A DNA stretch of 64,000 nucleotides from Basidiobolus meristosporus CBS 931.73 (lineage: Eukaryota > Fungi > Basidiobolomycota). This document shows, one piece after another, positions 48,808 to 61,950 of this stretch (position 1 is its first letter; each line of letters opens with the position of its first letter). The notes beneath the pieces are model-generated. The model was not told where the DNA came from. It worked only from the letters and a program-made list of their open reading frames with translations, and made no database searches. The stretch spans positions 1 to 64,000 of the forward strand of contig MCFE01000180.1 of NCBI GenBank assembly GCA_002104905.1, read 5' to 3'. A program made the position numbers and the translations under genes.

Positions 48808-51800
48808 TGTTACAAGTCTTGGTATAAGAGTTGTAGAGGAATAGGGAGTTTAGCTAGTATTGTATTCACTAAAACTTGAACTGATTTTTATTGAGGTTCC
48901 AGCAGCTCCTTATATACATTTTTGCCAGATCAATTGCTGACTAATTGTATTTCCTAATGTAGGTTGTGGCTGATGACTCATTTGATTGCATCATCATCAC
49001 CCAATAAGATCCTACTTAATATATCTATTTCTGTCTGATAAGGATCTGCTGATTCATTTACTGACTAATGCTACTGATTTCATAGATAATACTGATGTAC
49101 TGATAACCTAAACATATACTAACTGATTTGACTAAAAACTGATCTAACTTAAACATTCAAGCGGCAGATCATAACATTCTCCCCTACTAAAGTTGAGAGG
49201 GTTCTCCTGAATCTCTTTTCTTGTGATACCAATATCTTGATGGTTCAGTATTATCAGCAAGTCTTGCAAGCTTGAGTCTGTCCCTATGCACTAAGTCTTC
49301 CCGGATATTGCCTTGTTTGTCCACCAGTTGGTAAGTTGCAAATGGACATTCTCTGATGATCTTGAATGGTCCTGTCCATTGTGGCTCAAACTTCTTCCGA
49401 GTGTTGTTTCTTAGCAATACAAAGTTCCCAACTGTCAATGCTTCTGGTGCTATAGTCTTATCAAATCTCTGCTTCATCTTTTCTGCACTTTGAGATACTT
49501 TGGTCTGTGCCTCTTGACGTCTTTGTTCCAGTTGCTGGTGTCTACTTGGCTGACTGAGTTCATCTTCTAAGGTGTCTGTAAGCTTTGGTTGTGTGAGATC
49601 TCCTGGAATCCTTGGTTCACATCCATAAACTAAGTAAAATGGTGATTGCTGGGTGGTGTTGTGTACTCTGACTCTGCATGCAAAGAGTGCTTGGTCTATA
49701 TACTCATCCCATCTACTGACAACTCCATTTGCATACTTGGTCAGCATTTTTCCAAATAATCCATTAAACCGCTCAGTGACTCCATTAGTTCTGGGGTGAT
49801 ATGCCAAGGTTTTCAAGTGTCTGATCTGCTGCATTTCCAGGTAAGCCTCTAATGTCTTTGCCATAAAGTTTGCACCTCTATCGGATAAGATCTCCACAGG
49901 GCATCCAAACTTCATCAGGATCTCATGGTAAATGAAACTTGCAACTTCTTGTTCACTGGCTATTGGTACAGCTTTAGCAACTGGCCATTTAGTGGCATGG
50001 TCAATTGCTACTAGGATCCAACGGTTGCATTTCCTGGTAGTTGGCAGTCTTCCAATAAAGTCAATTCCCCATCTCTCAAATGGTCTTACAGGCTCCAAAG
50101 GGAAGAGTTCGGCAATTCTTTGTGGCTGGCCTTGATTGATTTGGCAGTTTGGGCATGTTTTTACTAGCTTCTCAATGTCTTGTTTCATTCTGGGCCACCA
50201 TGCTCTGGCTTTTACAAGGCTATAGGTTCCTTCAATCCCAAGATGTCCATATCCATTGTGTAGCTTATGTATTAAATCCAGGCGAGCAACATAAGGACAA
50301 TAGGCAATAGGGCTTCCATCAACAATTCGGTAGAGTGTTTCATTCTGTACAACAAATTTGCTGGCCTCATCACGGATTATCTTCTTGATATCTTCATCCA
50401 CCTCATTAGGAATGGCTTGGTCCTCCAAGTACTTTGGTAATAGGCTAGGCCAATCTGATTCATGCACCAAGTTGAGTTGTGCAACTTGATCTAATCTTGA
50501 TAAGGCATCAGCAACCGTGTTGTTTTTTCCAGGACAGTAGACAATCTCCAGGTCAAATTGCTGAATGTATTCACTCCATCTTGTCATTCTTCTAGAGAGT
50601 ACCTTCTGAGTAAATATATACTTGAGGGAGGCATGATCAGTCTTCACAGTGCATTTGACTCCTTCAATATAGCATCTCCATGTCTTCAAACAGTGTATTA
50701 TAGCAAGCATCTCCTTCTCATGAACTGGATAGTTTTGTTCTGCTGAGTTCAGTTTCTTGGATTCAAAGGCAACAGGGTAGTCCTTTCCCTCGTGTTCTTG
50801 GCTCAGCACTCCACCAATTGCATAATCTGAAGCATCTGTGCACAGAGTGAACTTTTTTCTGAAGTCTGGTATTCTTAAGCTTGGCAGCTTAGCAAGTTCA
50901 TTCTTTAGTGTCTGGAAGGCAGTCTCACAAGCTATGTCCCACTTGTAGGTATTGTCTTTCTTGAGGATATCAGTTAAAGGGGCTGCAATACTTGCAAATG
51001 ACTTGACAAATCTCCGATAATAGGAAACCATTCCAAGGAAGGATCTGAGTTCTGATATGCTATGGGGCTGCTTCAAATTCTTGATTACTTCCACCTTCTT
51101 GGGGTCTAAGGTTACTCCTGTGCTAGTCACTATGTGTCCCAGATATTCTACGTGTTCCTTGAAGAATTCACACTTGGCTAGCTTACCGTATAGCTTGTTC
51201 TCTCTTAGTTTCTTCAAGACCTTTTCAATGTGCACCATGTGATCCTTTTCTGTCTTGCTGTATATCAATATGTCATCCAGGTAGATTATCACAAACTTGT
51301 CTAAGTACTCCTGAAAGACAGTCTGCATCAGCGTCATGAATGTTGCAGGGGCATTAGTGAGGCCAAAACTCATGACTAAGTACTCGTAATGTCCATATCT
51401 GGTCCTGAATGCTGTCTTAGGGATATCTTCTGGTTTCACCCTAATCTGGTTGTATCCTGACATGAGGTCGATCTTGCTGAAAATAGTGGCTCCATTAAGT
51501 TGGTCCAAAAGCTCATCAATCCGAGGTATGGGGTACTTATTCTTGACGGTAACTGAGTTCAGGGCTCTGTAGTCAATGCACATCCTAAGTGTTCCATCCT
51601 TCTTTTTCACAAAAAGCACTGGTGCTCCCCAAGGTGACTTGCTGGGCCTGATGTATCCTTGCTCCAATAGCTGATCAATTTGTTTCTTCATTTCCTCCAA
51701 TTCCAATGGACTCATTCTGTAAGGTGTCTTGCTCACTGGAGGGCTATCTCCTGTGTCAATGGCATGATCCACATCTCTGACTGGTGGTAGGCTTACAAGC

Positions 51801-53747
51801 TCATCTGGAAACACGTCTGAATATTTCTTCAAGAGAGTCTGGACCTGCTGGGCTGCTGGGATAGAGGAATCCTCCTGTAATACCGCCATGAGGAACATCT
51901 GGGTACCTTTTCTAAGTGCTCTACAGAACTGGGTCTTGCTAAGTTCACTTGTCTCACACACACTGGAATTGACCAAGTTGAAATCCAGCCTGGCAGGTAA
52001 TAGCTCATAGGTCTTGTTGTCTTTTTGGATCTGAGTAGCATGGGTTCTCCAGTTGATTGATGGATTACGACAAAATAGCCAGGTTTTCCCAAGTACAAGG
52101 TCAAACTTGCAGTTCCCAAATATATAAGCCTGTAGGTCTTCTTCATAGTCATTGATCTTCATTCTTACTGGCTGGGTAATACGGTTGATTATGTGGGAGT
52201 TCCCATCGGCTGTGGAGACTGAAGTTGATTTGGTAGGTTCCGAGTTGATTCCAGCTTTCAAAGCAAATTGCTCTGACATGTACTCATGCGATGCTCCTGA
52301 GTCAATCATGATTTTGGCAGGTACTCCATTGATTGCTCCATTCAGGTACAATAACTTCCCTGAGTTTGAAGTCATTTGGGACAAGTACTCTTCTGTCATA
52401 TGGAAGGTGAGTTCCGAGTCTTCTTCAAGCTCATCTTCCTCATTATTGTGTTCATGGGACTCAATATGGTTGAAGGTTCTTGTTGGCTGGTGTCCATTTC
52501 TTCTCTGAGGGCAGTACCTTGCAATATGTCCCTGCTGGTGGCAATTGAAGCAAAGTCCTCTCTTCTTGCATTCTTCTGAGGAGGGATTCTTCTGCATAGC
52601 GTCTATTTCCATTGGTACTGCTTCTGATTGTCTTCTTTCATAATGATTATAGCCTTTCTGACTAGTCACTGTAGGCTTCCCAACTCCAAACATAGCTGAG
52701 TCATAGTCAATGGCAATCTTGATGGCTTCTTCAATAGTCTGAGGTCTTCGGTAATTGACTTCCTTGCGAGTTCTTTCTTTCAACCCATCAATAAAGTATT
52801 CAACTTGATCCAAGGGGTCCATTCTTTCAATTTGTCCAAGTAGACATCTGTACTCATAGATGTATTCTTGCACCATTCCTTTCTGTCTGAGTGTCTTTAA
52901 CTTCCTTCTTAGTAGTGTCTGCTGGTGTGGAGGTTCAAAAGCATCCTGAATTTCCGACACAAACTCATCCCAGGTAGAGATTGTAGAGCATCCCATCATA
53001 GTAGCTGACCTGATCTTGTTGTGGTACCACTGTAAAGCTGCATCTGCCAGGTAAGAAGCTGCATAATGCAACTTGCTCTCTGGAGCAATTCCTTTAGCTT
53101 TAAAAGCTTCTTCAATCTGAAAGAGCCAAGTTCCCAGGTTTTCATTGACTCTGCCATGGTACCGGTTGACCTTCACACTAAAGTTGCTCTTGACAGGGCT
53201 TTGCTGGCTCTGAGCCATGGTAGTCATTCCTTGTTGCTGTTGGCTGAGGATCTGGAGTAGCTGTTGCTGTTGGGCCAGGATTTGCTGCATGGCATTCTTC
53301 CATTCTTGATTGTCCGACATCTTGAGGGTGGTTTCTTCTTTCTTCAGGAGGGAGGTTTCTGGTTATCGCTGCTACCAATGTTACAAGTCTTGGTATAAGA
53401 GTTGTAGAGGAATAGGGAGTTTAGCTAGTATTGTATTCACTAAAACTTGAACTGATTTTTATTGAGGTTCCAGCAGCTCCTTATATACATTTTTGCCAGA
53501 TCAATTGCTGACTAATTGTATTTCCTAATGTAGGTTGTGGCTGATGACTCATTTGATTGCATCATCATCACCCAATAAGATCCTACTTAATATATCTATT
53601 TCTGTCTGATAAGGATCTGCTGATTCATTTGCTGACTAATGCTACTGATTTCATAGATAATACTGATGTACTGATAACCTAAACATATACTAACTGATTT
53701 GACTAAAAACTGATCTAACTTAAACATTCAAGCGGCAGATCATAACA
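48808..53747 (-). mobile_element. Intact, very young Ty3/Gypsy element G1 (4940 bp)
   Basis: 369-bp LTRs 48808-49176 and 53379-53747 differ at 1 position. 4-bp TSD ATAG. PBS TGGTAGCAGCG, PPT AGGGGAGAA. Confidence 0.98.
49187..53320 (-). CDS. Gag-Pol polyprotein (gag, CCHC, PR, RT, RH, IN), 1377 aa, single ORF
   Basis: [14 protein letters not shown]; IDSGAS; YLDD; [12 protein letters not shown]; HHCC-like H..YGH..CPNC; IDF/SDRG/ERFN catalytic residues; GPF motif. No chromodomain seen. Confidence 0.97.
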   Translation of the reverse strand: MSDNQEWKNAMQQILAQQQQLLQILSQQQQGMTTMAQSQQSPVKSNFSVKVNRYHGRVNENLGTWLFQIEEAFKAKGIAPESKLHYAASYLADAALQWYHNKIRSATMMGCSTISTWDEFVSEIQDAFEPPHQQTLLRRKLKTLRQKGMVQEYIYEYRCLLGQIERMDPLDQVEYFIDGLKERTRKEVNYRRPQTIEEAIKIAIDYDSAMFGVGKPTVTSQKGYNHYERRQSEAVPMEIDAMQKNPSSEECKKRGLCFNCHQQGHIARYCPQRRNGHQPTRTFNHIESHEHNNEEDELEEDSELTFHMTEEYLSQMTSNSGKLLYLNGAINGVPAKIMIDSGASHEYMSEQFALKAGINSEPTKSTSVSTADGNSHIINRITQPVRMKINDYEEDLQAYIFGNCKFDLVLGKTWLFCRNPSINWRTHATQIQKDNKTYELLPARLDFNLVNSSVCETSELSKTQFCRALRKGTQMFLMAVLQEDSSIPAAQQVQTLLKKYSDVFPDELVSLPPVRDVDHAIDTGDSPPVSKTPYRMSPLELEEMKKQIDQLLEQGYIRPSKSPWGAPVLFVKKKDGTLRMCIDYRALNSVTVKNKYPIPRIDELLDQLNGATIFSKIDLMSGYNQIRVKPEDIPKTAFRTRYGHYEYLVMSFGLTNAPATFMTLMQTVFQEYLDKFVIIYLDDILIYSKTEKDHMVHIEKVLKKLRENKLYGKLAKCEFFKEHVEYLGHIVTSTGVTLDPKKVEVIKNLKQPHSISELRSFLGMVSYYRRFVKSFASIAAPLTDILKKDNTYKWDIACETAFQTLKNELAKLPSLRIPDFRKKFTLCTDASDYAIGGVLSQEHEGKDYPVAFESKKLNSAEQNYPVHEKEMLAIIHCLKTWRCYIEGVKCTVKTDHASLKYIFTQKVLSRRMTRWSEYIQQFDLEIVYCPGKNNTVADALSRLDQVAQLNLVHESDWPSLLPKYLEDQAIPNEVDEDIKKIIRDEASKFVVQNETLYRIVDGSPIAYCPYVARLDLIHKLHNGYGHLGIEGTYSLVKARAWWPRMKQDIEKLVKTCPNCQINQGQPQRIAELFPLEPVRPFERWGIDFIGRLPTTRKCNRWILVAIDHATKWPVAKAVPIASEQEVASFIYHEILMKFGCPVEILSDRGANFMAKTLEAYLEMQQIRHLKTLAYHPRTNGVTERFNGLFGKMLTKYANGVVSRWDEYIDQALFACRVRVHNTTQQSPFYLVYGCEPRIPGDLTQPKLTDTLEDELSQPSRHQQLEQRRQEAQTKVSQSAEKMKQRFDKTIAPEALTVGNFVLLRNNTRKKFEPQWTGPFKIIRECPFATYQLVDKQGNIREDLVHRDRLKLARLADNTEPSRYWYHKKRDSGEPSQL

Positions 53748-56700
53748 ATAGTCCAATATTTCAACACTCCCCCTCAACTAAATAATTTCTTAATCCCAAT
53801 TTCCCTTTAAAGATATCAAACTGTGGCCTAGCTAGTGGTTTTGTCAATATGTCTGCCACCATTTTGTCAGTTGGGCAGTAAACCAGCTCCACTAAGTTGT
53901 TTTCTACAGCTTCCCTCACAAAGTGATGCTGTATATCAATTTGCTTTGTTCTGGCATGATTAGTAGGATTTCTAGCTAATGAAATACAACTTTGATTATC
54001 CTTGTAAATACATGTTGGTTCACCTGAATTAAAACCTAAGTCGTTGAATAATTTCCCTAGCCATATAGCCTCCTTAGTTGCTTGACATGCAGCCACATAT
54101 TTGGCTTCAGTTGCAGATAGTGCCACAGTAGGTTGTTTCTTGCAGTTCCAAGTAATAGCTGCACCAGCATAAAGAAATACATAGCCTGTGGAAGAGCATC
54201 TGTCAATCAGATCCCTACCCCAATCTGAATAACTATAGCCATCAAATTTTTGCCTATTAGCTGCTCCAGAGTATTCCAGTACCATATTTATGGTACCTTG
54301 TAGATATCTGAAAATCTGCTTAACTGCTGCAATTTGATCTGATCCATAATTCTGCATGAATTGACTGACTATTCCAACTGTTACTGCAATATCTGGACAT
54401 GTAGACACCATCAGGTACATTAGGCTACCAACCATTGATTGATAGGGAAAGGTTTGGTCCATATTTGAGCCATTTTCATCTATAACTGGCTGAGATTTGC
54501 TTAATTTCAGGTTATTGTCCATTGGGGTTGCTGCAGGTTTGCAATTTTCCATTTTGAAGTGTCTAAGAATGTCCCTGATGTACTTAGACTGATTCAGCAC
54601 AATTTTCTGCGTAGGTATGTCAAATCTGACCTCAATTCCAAGAAAATAGCTCAATTTTCCAAGATCTTTCATCTCAAACTTGCTGAAGAGATCTGATTTT
54701 GTCTGTTTAAGTGCCTCTTGATCACTTGTAGCTATAATTAGGTTGTCCACATAAAGAACTAGTATGATCACACCCTTTTTGAGCTGTTTCACATATACAC
54801 TGTGATCTGAAGTGCTACGAGAGAACCCAATTTCCTCTATATATGTGTCAATCTTGTTATACCATGCTCTGGGTGCCTGCTTAAGCCCATACAATGATTT
54901 TCTAAGTTTGCACACCTTATAGGGGCCTATTGGATTGGTAAGACCTTCTGGTTGCTCCATATATATAGTTTCTTGCAAATCCCCATTTAGAAAGGCAGTT
55001 TTGACGTCCATTTGGTGTAGATCTAGACTGTGTACAGCTGCCAGGGTTAGAGTTGTCCTAATAGAGTTAAACTTGGCAACCGGAGCAAATGTTTCCTTAA
55101 AGTCTAGTCCCTGGATCTGGGAACAGCCTTTAGCTACCAATCTAGCCTTGTACTTACCAACGGCACCATTTGAGGTTATCTTGATCTTGTAGACCCATCT
55201 ACATCCTATTGGCTTTCTCCCATTTGGTAAATCTACCAGTTCCCACATTTTTGCCTTGATCAGTGATTGGTACTCCTCCGGCATGGCTTGTTGCCACTTA
55301 GTAGCATCTGGACCTTGCATTGCCTGTTCCAGATTCTGAGGTTTGGCACATAAGGCAAGATAAGCTTCTTCATGATCATTAGATGTCTGCCACCAGGATC
55401 TAGGGGTACTTCTTATTCTGGTAGATCTCCTAACTGGGATAATTTGTTCTGATCTGGAACTGGTAGAAGTATCTTCCATCTCTGGCTGGATTTGGTACGT
55501 ATCTTCTTCATTTGTGTTGATTGCATCATCAGGCAGCTGGCCAATGATTTCTGTGGCCTTCTGATCTGAATTCTCCTCAAATACAACATCCCTGCTCTTG
55601 ATCAGCTTCTGAATTCTGACATCATACACTCTATACCCTTTAGTATCTTCACAATACCCAAGAAAGATCTCTTTCCTACTCTTTGGTTCCCACTTTGAGT
55701 GTTTTTTGTCAGGAATGTGATAAAAAACATCACTGCCAAAGATCCTGAGGTGCTGGAGATCTGGTTTTTTGTCTGTATACACTTAAAGGGTGTAAAATCA
55801 TGTAGTTCTGTTGTTGGGCATCTGTTCTTGATGTATACAGCAGTAGCAACAGCTTCAGCCCAAAACTTGTAGTCCATTCCCTTGTCATGTAGCATAGATC
55901 TTCCCATCTCTACTATTGTGCTATTTGCACATTCTGCTACTCCATTTTGCTGTGGAGTATGAGGAACTGTGGTCTGTTGAAGTATACCAGTAGACAAGCA
56001 GTATTTTGCAAACTCCTTTGCGCAGTATTCTCCTCCATTGTCACTTTGTAGTACCTTCAATTTACACCCAGTTTGTGTTTCTGCCATGTTCTTGAAGTGC
56101 TTAAACGTCTCTAAAGCTTCATCCTTTGTTTTGAGGAAGTACACCCACGTATATCTTGTCTTGTCATCAATAAACGTCATAAAGTATCTCTTGGCTCCAA
56201 AGGACAGTGTTCTCATGGGGCCGCATATGTCTGACTGTACAATAGCCAATATTTTTGGTGGTATTGATGCCTTCAGAGCTCTTGAAACGTTGTCTAGCTT
56301 GTTTGCCACATGAACATCTCTTATAAACATTCAATTTGATTGGAATTGAGTATTCTAGGCCCAAAACAAGCGGATTTTCACCAATTGGCTCATTTTCTGT
56401 TCCCCTATGTGTCCTAGCCTTCTATGCCATGTCTCCCAGTTTGTTTCATCAGTTTCAGCAATGTTGACATACTCAGGACACAATGATCTTGCATTGAAAC
56501 TTGTATATATTGTGATCTCTGATTCTCAAAGCTAATTTTTGTTCATTTTCACTCAATATTGTACAGCTCAGCTTAGTAAAAGCAAATTTCAGTCCCTGAG
56601 TAGTTGCTTCACTGACTGAGAGTAGGTTCTTAGCTATTCCAGCTATATAGAGTACGTCAGTCAGTTTTGCTGTTGTTGCCCCTGAGTTATCACTCATATT

Positions 56701-58093
56701 TAGTTGTATAGACCCACTGGCAGTAGCTTCCAATGCAAAGTTATCTCCCAGATGAACCTTTCTTACAGGAACAGTCTTTAAGTTGCTGAACCAATCCTTT
56801 ATACCACAAATATGCTGTGATGCTCCAGAGTCAATATACCATTCATTACTTTGGTTACTTGCACTCTCTTGTACAGTTACAAATAACTGTTCATCAGTAG
56901 TTATAAGGTTTGCCTGCTCTAGTTTCTGTTTTTTGTCTGCTTGTTTCTTCTTGCATTCTCTTGCTCAGTGTCCTGGCTTCTTACAGTAGTTACAGCAGCC
57001 AGGTTTTCTTTGGTTTTGTTGCTTTCCCTTTTTTTCTGAATGCCTTTCTGAGCTGAATAAAGCATTATCTTCAATTTTCTTTGCTTGGTCCTTACGTCTG
57101 AGTTCTTCATGGAGAAGTCTTCCTTTGACATAATCTAAAGTCAAGTTGTCTTCTCTGCTTTCAAAAGAAAGTATGAGTGGCTCATACTTGTCTGGTAGGC
57201 TGCAAAACAGACAGAATATCTTTTCTTCATCATCTACCCCAGCATTAATACTGGAAAGTTCTTCTGCAAGTGCCTCCATTCTGTCAATGAGTTGTAACAT
57301 GTCTTCATATGGCTTCTTCCTCATGTTGAAGAACTTTTGTTTCAAATAAAGCTTGCTTAATACTGACTTTGCTCTGAAGATCTTCTCTAAGGAATCCCAT
57401 GCTGCTTTGGCAGTATTTGAGGCCTGGATTTGTCCAATGAAGGAGTCTTGCACATTGATGCATATGGCATTGATGGCCTTTCTCTCCTTCTCTTGAAACT
57501 TCTCCACATCTTCTGCTGTTCCTGTGGGCTCAACTTCCTTTCCTGTTATTATGTTCCAAAGCCTTCTTTCCTCAAGGTGGATCTGCATCTTGATTCTCCA
57601 AAGTCTGTAGTTCTTCCCATCAAACCTCTCCTTTACAGGGAAGATGTTGGTATTGCTTTGTTTGCTGGTAGAAGTCATCTTTAGAATAGATTAAGGCAAT
57701 TGGGGCTCATAACCTGTTGCAACTTAAGAAGTAATTGGGATATCAAGAATTTACCAAGAAATAGTGATAATAGTTGAACTGTTGTTTATTCAGAAAGAAG
57801 CTCAGTATTTATACCTTTGTAGAAGTAATACAGCCGCAACACTAAGTAGGGAGGGTTTTTCAGTATTCAGGAGCATTATGTAAGAGTTTCAGGGTTAGTA
57901 CATAATGTTTGGTAATAGTGCTAACTTGATCCTGACTATAGGGGAATAATCATGAGATCATATATCAGGAGAAAGTGGCAAAGTTAAGGCAGTAAATGAG
58001 TCATACAGTGACTAAGACTAGTCTAGAATTGTTAAGTAAGTTTTTAGCTGCTGAAAGATACCAAATAGTTCAATATTTCAACAATATATACTC

Positions 58094-58464
58094 AGTTATG
58101 AACTGCCGCTTAAATGGTTAGGTTAGATCAGTTTTTAGCCAAATCAATTAGTTATATGCTTAGCTTATTAAGTACATCAGAATTATCTATCAAATTAGTA
58201 GCATCAGTCAGCAAATGAATCAGCAGATCCTTATACAACAGAAACAGATATATTGAGTTGGATCTAATAGGGTGATGATGATGCAACCAAATGAGTCATC
58301 AGCCATGGCCTACATTAGGAACTACAATTAGTCAGCAATTGATCTGGCAAAAATGTATATAAGGAGCTACTGGAACCTCAATAAAAGTCAGTTCAAGTTT
58401 TAATGAATACAATTCTAGCTAAACTCCCTATTCCTCTACTACTCTTGTATCAAGATGTGTAACA
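58094..58464 (+). mobile_element. Diverged Gypsy family G LTR
   Basis: Colinear with 45328-45695, ends TGTAACA, first base mutated. Confidence 0.85.
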
Positions 58465-61400
58465 ACACAGCAGCAGAGCATCCTTCAATCAGATCCCTGC
58501 TCCAATCCGAGTCACTCTAACAATGATATTTTTGCCTATTAGTGGCTCCAGAGTATTCTGGTTTGATATCTGAAAACCTGCTTATCGGCTGTAATTTGAT
58601 CTACTCCATAATTCTGTATGAATTTACTCACAATTCCGGCTTATATGGCAATATTTCAACATGTAGACACCTTCAAGTACGTCAGACTACCAACTGTTGA
58701 TTCATAGGGCACGTTTTGGTCCAATTTTGACCCATTTTTACCTAAAACTGCCGGAGATTTGCTTAATTTTAGATTTTTGTCCATATTAGTAGCTGCATGT
58801 TTGCAATTTTCTATCTCATAGAGTCCAAGAATGTCTCCAGTATGCTTAAACTAATTCAGCACAACTTTTTGCATAGGCATGTCAAGTCTCACTTCAATTC
58901 CAAGAATATAGCTAAATTCTGAATATTCTTCATATCATGCTTGCTGAAGAGATCTCATTTTGTCTGTTTGAGTGCCTCCTGGTTACTTGCAGGTATTATT
59001 AGGTTGCCCACAAAAAGAACCAGACTGATTACACTGTTTTGAGCTGTTTTACATATATACTATTATCTGAGGTGCTACATATGAACCCTATATTCCCTAG
59101 ATATGTGCCAATCTTGCTTTACCATGCTCTTGATGCCTGCTTAAGCCCATGCAACAATTTTCTAGATCTCAACACCTTATGGGGGCCTTTTAGATGGGTA
59201 AACATTCTAGTTGCTGCATGTAAATAGTTTCATTCAAACTTTGATTTAGAAAGACTGTCTTAATATCCATTGATGTACATATAGACTGTGTAGAGCTGCC
59301 AGGCTAGTACTGTCCTAATGGAATTAAACTTGGCAACCGGAGCAAATGTTTCCTCAAAGTCTAGTCCCTGGATCTGAGAATAGCCTTTAGCCACCAATAT
59401 AGCCTTGTATATATCAACTGTATCATTTGAGGTTATCTTGATCTTGAAGACGCATCTAAATCCTATTGGCTTTCTCCCATTTGGTAAATCCACCAGTTCC
59501 CACTTTTATGTCTTGATCAGCAATTAGTACTCACCCCGCATGGCTTGTTGCCACATAGTAGCATCTGGACTGTGTATTGCATGTTCCAGATTCTCAGGCT
59601 TGGTGTTTAAGGCAAGATGTGATTCTTCCTTATTATTACAAGCCTGCCACCAGGATCCAAGGGCATTTCTTATTCTGAAAGATCTACTAACTGGGATAAT
59701 CTGCTCTGATCTGGAACAGGTAGAATTATCATCTGTACCTGGCTGAATCAGGTGAAAATCTTCTTTATTGGTGTTAATTGCATCATCAGGCAGCAGGCCA
59801 ATAATTTTGGTTGTTTTCTGGTCTGAATACTCCCCAATTACAACATCCCTGCTCTTGATAAGCTTTTAAAATCTGCTATCATAAACTCTACCCTTTGGTG
59901 TCCTCTCAAAATCCAAGACAAATCCCTTTTCTACCCTTTGGTTCCAGTTTTGAGCATTCTGTGTTAGAGATATGATAAAAGACACCACTGCCAAAAATCC
60001 TGAGGTGCTGGATGACTGATTTTTTTGCCTGTATATGCTTCAATGGGTGTAGAATTACATAGTGCTGGTGTTGGGCATCTATTCTTGATGTATATCACAT
60101 TAGCAATAGATTCAGCCTGAAAGTTGTAATTCATTTCCTGATCATGTAGCATAGATATTCCCATCTCTTCAATTGTTCTATTTGCAGGTTCTGCTACTCC
60201 ATTTTGCTGTGTAGTATATGGCACAGTAGTGTGTTAAAGTGTACCAGTAGTTGAGTAGCGTCTTAAAAACTCCTTTGAGCAGTATGCTGCTCCATTTGCA
60301 TTTTGAAGTACATTCAATTTGCTCCCTGTTTATGTTTTGGCCATGTTTGTGAAGTATATTTATGTCTCTAAAGTTGCATCCTCGGTTTTGAGAGAGTACC
60401 CTAAGAATATATTGCCCAGTCATCAATAAATCTCATAAAATTATCTCTTTGCTCCCAGGGACAGTTTCTCATGGACCCAAATATGCCTGAGCGTACAATA
60501 GCCAATATTTTAATGTTTTGGATGCCTCCTGAGCTCATGAAACATTTTCTAGCTTGTTTTCCACATAAACAACCTTTACAGATGCTTAATTTGACTGATA
60601 TTGTGTAATTTAGTTCTGAAACAAGCTGTTTTTGCATCAATTGGCTAATTTTCACTTCCCCAATGTGTCCCAGCCATTAATGCAATATCTTCTAGTTAGC
60701 TTCAATAGCTTTGGCATTGTTGGAATATACAGGTTCAGTTAGCCAGCATTGTAAACAGTATTTATTGTGATCACTGATTCCCCAAGCTTTTCTGTCCATT
60801 TTCACTTAAAATTGAACAGTTCAGCCTAGAATAAGCATATTTCAGTCCCTGAGTAGTTGCTTAACTGACTGAGAGTAGGTTCTTAGCTATTTCAGGTACA
60901 TAGAGTATGTCAGTCAGTTTTGCTAGTGTAGCCCCTGAGATATCACTAATATTTAGATATATAGACACACTGGGAGTAGCCTCCAGTGCAGAGTTGCCTC
61001 TCAGATAAACCTTTCTTACAGGAATGGTCCTTGAGCTGTTGAGCCACTCCTTTATACCACATATATGCTGTGATGCTCCAGAGTCAATATGCCATTCATT
61101 ACTTTGATTACTTGCGCTCTCTTGTACAGCTATAAATAATTATTCATCAAAAGTTGTGTAATTAACCTGCTGCAGTTTCTGTTTTTTGTCTGCTTGATTC
61201 TTCTTGCATACTCTGGCCCAGTGTCCTGGCTTCCTGCAGTAGTTACAGCAACTAAGTTTTCTTTGGTTTTGTTGCTTTCCCTTCTTTTCTCTGCACCTTT
61301 CTGACCAGAATAAAGCATTATCTTCAATTTTATTTGTTTGATTGTTATGTCTAAGTCCCTTATGAGAAGTTCATCATCTGGCTTCTGCCTTATGAAGAAC

Positions 61401-61950
61401 TTTTGTTTGAAATAAAGCTTGCTTCATACTGACTTTGCTCTAAATGTCTTCTGTAAGGATTCCTTTGCTGCTTTGGCAGTATTTGAAGCTTATATTTGTC
61501 CAATGAAGGAATCTTGCACATTGAAAAATATAGTATTAAAGGCCTTTCCCTCTGTTTCTTGAAATTTCTCCACTTCCTCTGCCATTCTTTTGGGATCAAC
61601 TTCTTTTCCTGCTACTATGTTACAAAGCTTTCTTTCCTCAAGGTTGGTCTGTATTGTGATCCTCTAAAGTCTGTATTTCCTACCATTAAACCTCTCCTTT
61701 GCAGGGAAGATGTTTCTATTATGCTAATTGCTGATAGAGGTCATCTTTAGAATAATTTGTTGCAACTTAAGAAGTGATTTGGATGTAGGGAGCTTATAAG
61801 GAAATAGTGATAATAGTTGAACCATAGTTTATTCATAAAGAAGCTTAGTATTTATACCTTTGAAGAAGTAATACAGCTGTAACACGGAGTGAGGAAGGTT
61901 TCTTAACATTCAGGAGCGTTCTGTGACAGTTTCATGGCTAGCACATAATA

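Larger units (their letters stand above)
48454..58083 (-). mobile_element. Ty1/Copia element, family B (B1), with G1 nested in its 3' LTR
   Basis: 5' LTR 57715-58083; 3' LTR split as 48454-48807 plus 53748-53766. PBS GGTTATGAGCCC, PPT GTTGAGGGGGAG. gag 57678-56965 (FDGKNYRLW, CNYCKKPGH), IN 56330-55602, RT-RH 55782-53761. Disrupted; no TSD found. Confidence 0.92.
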
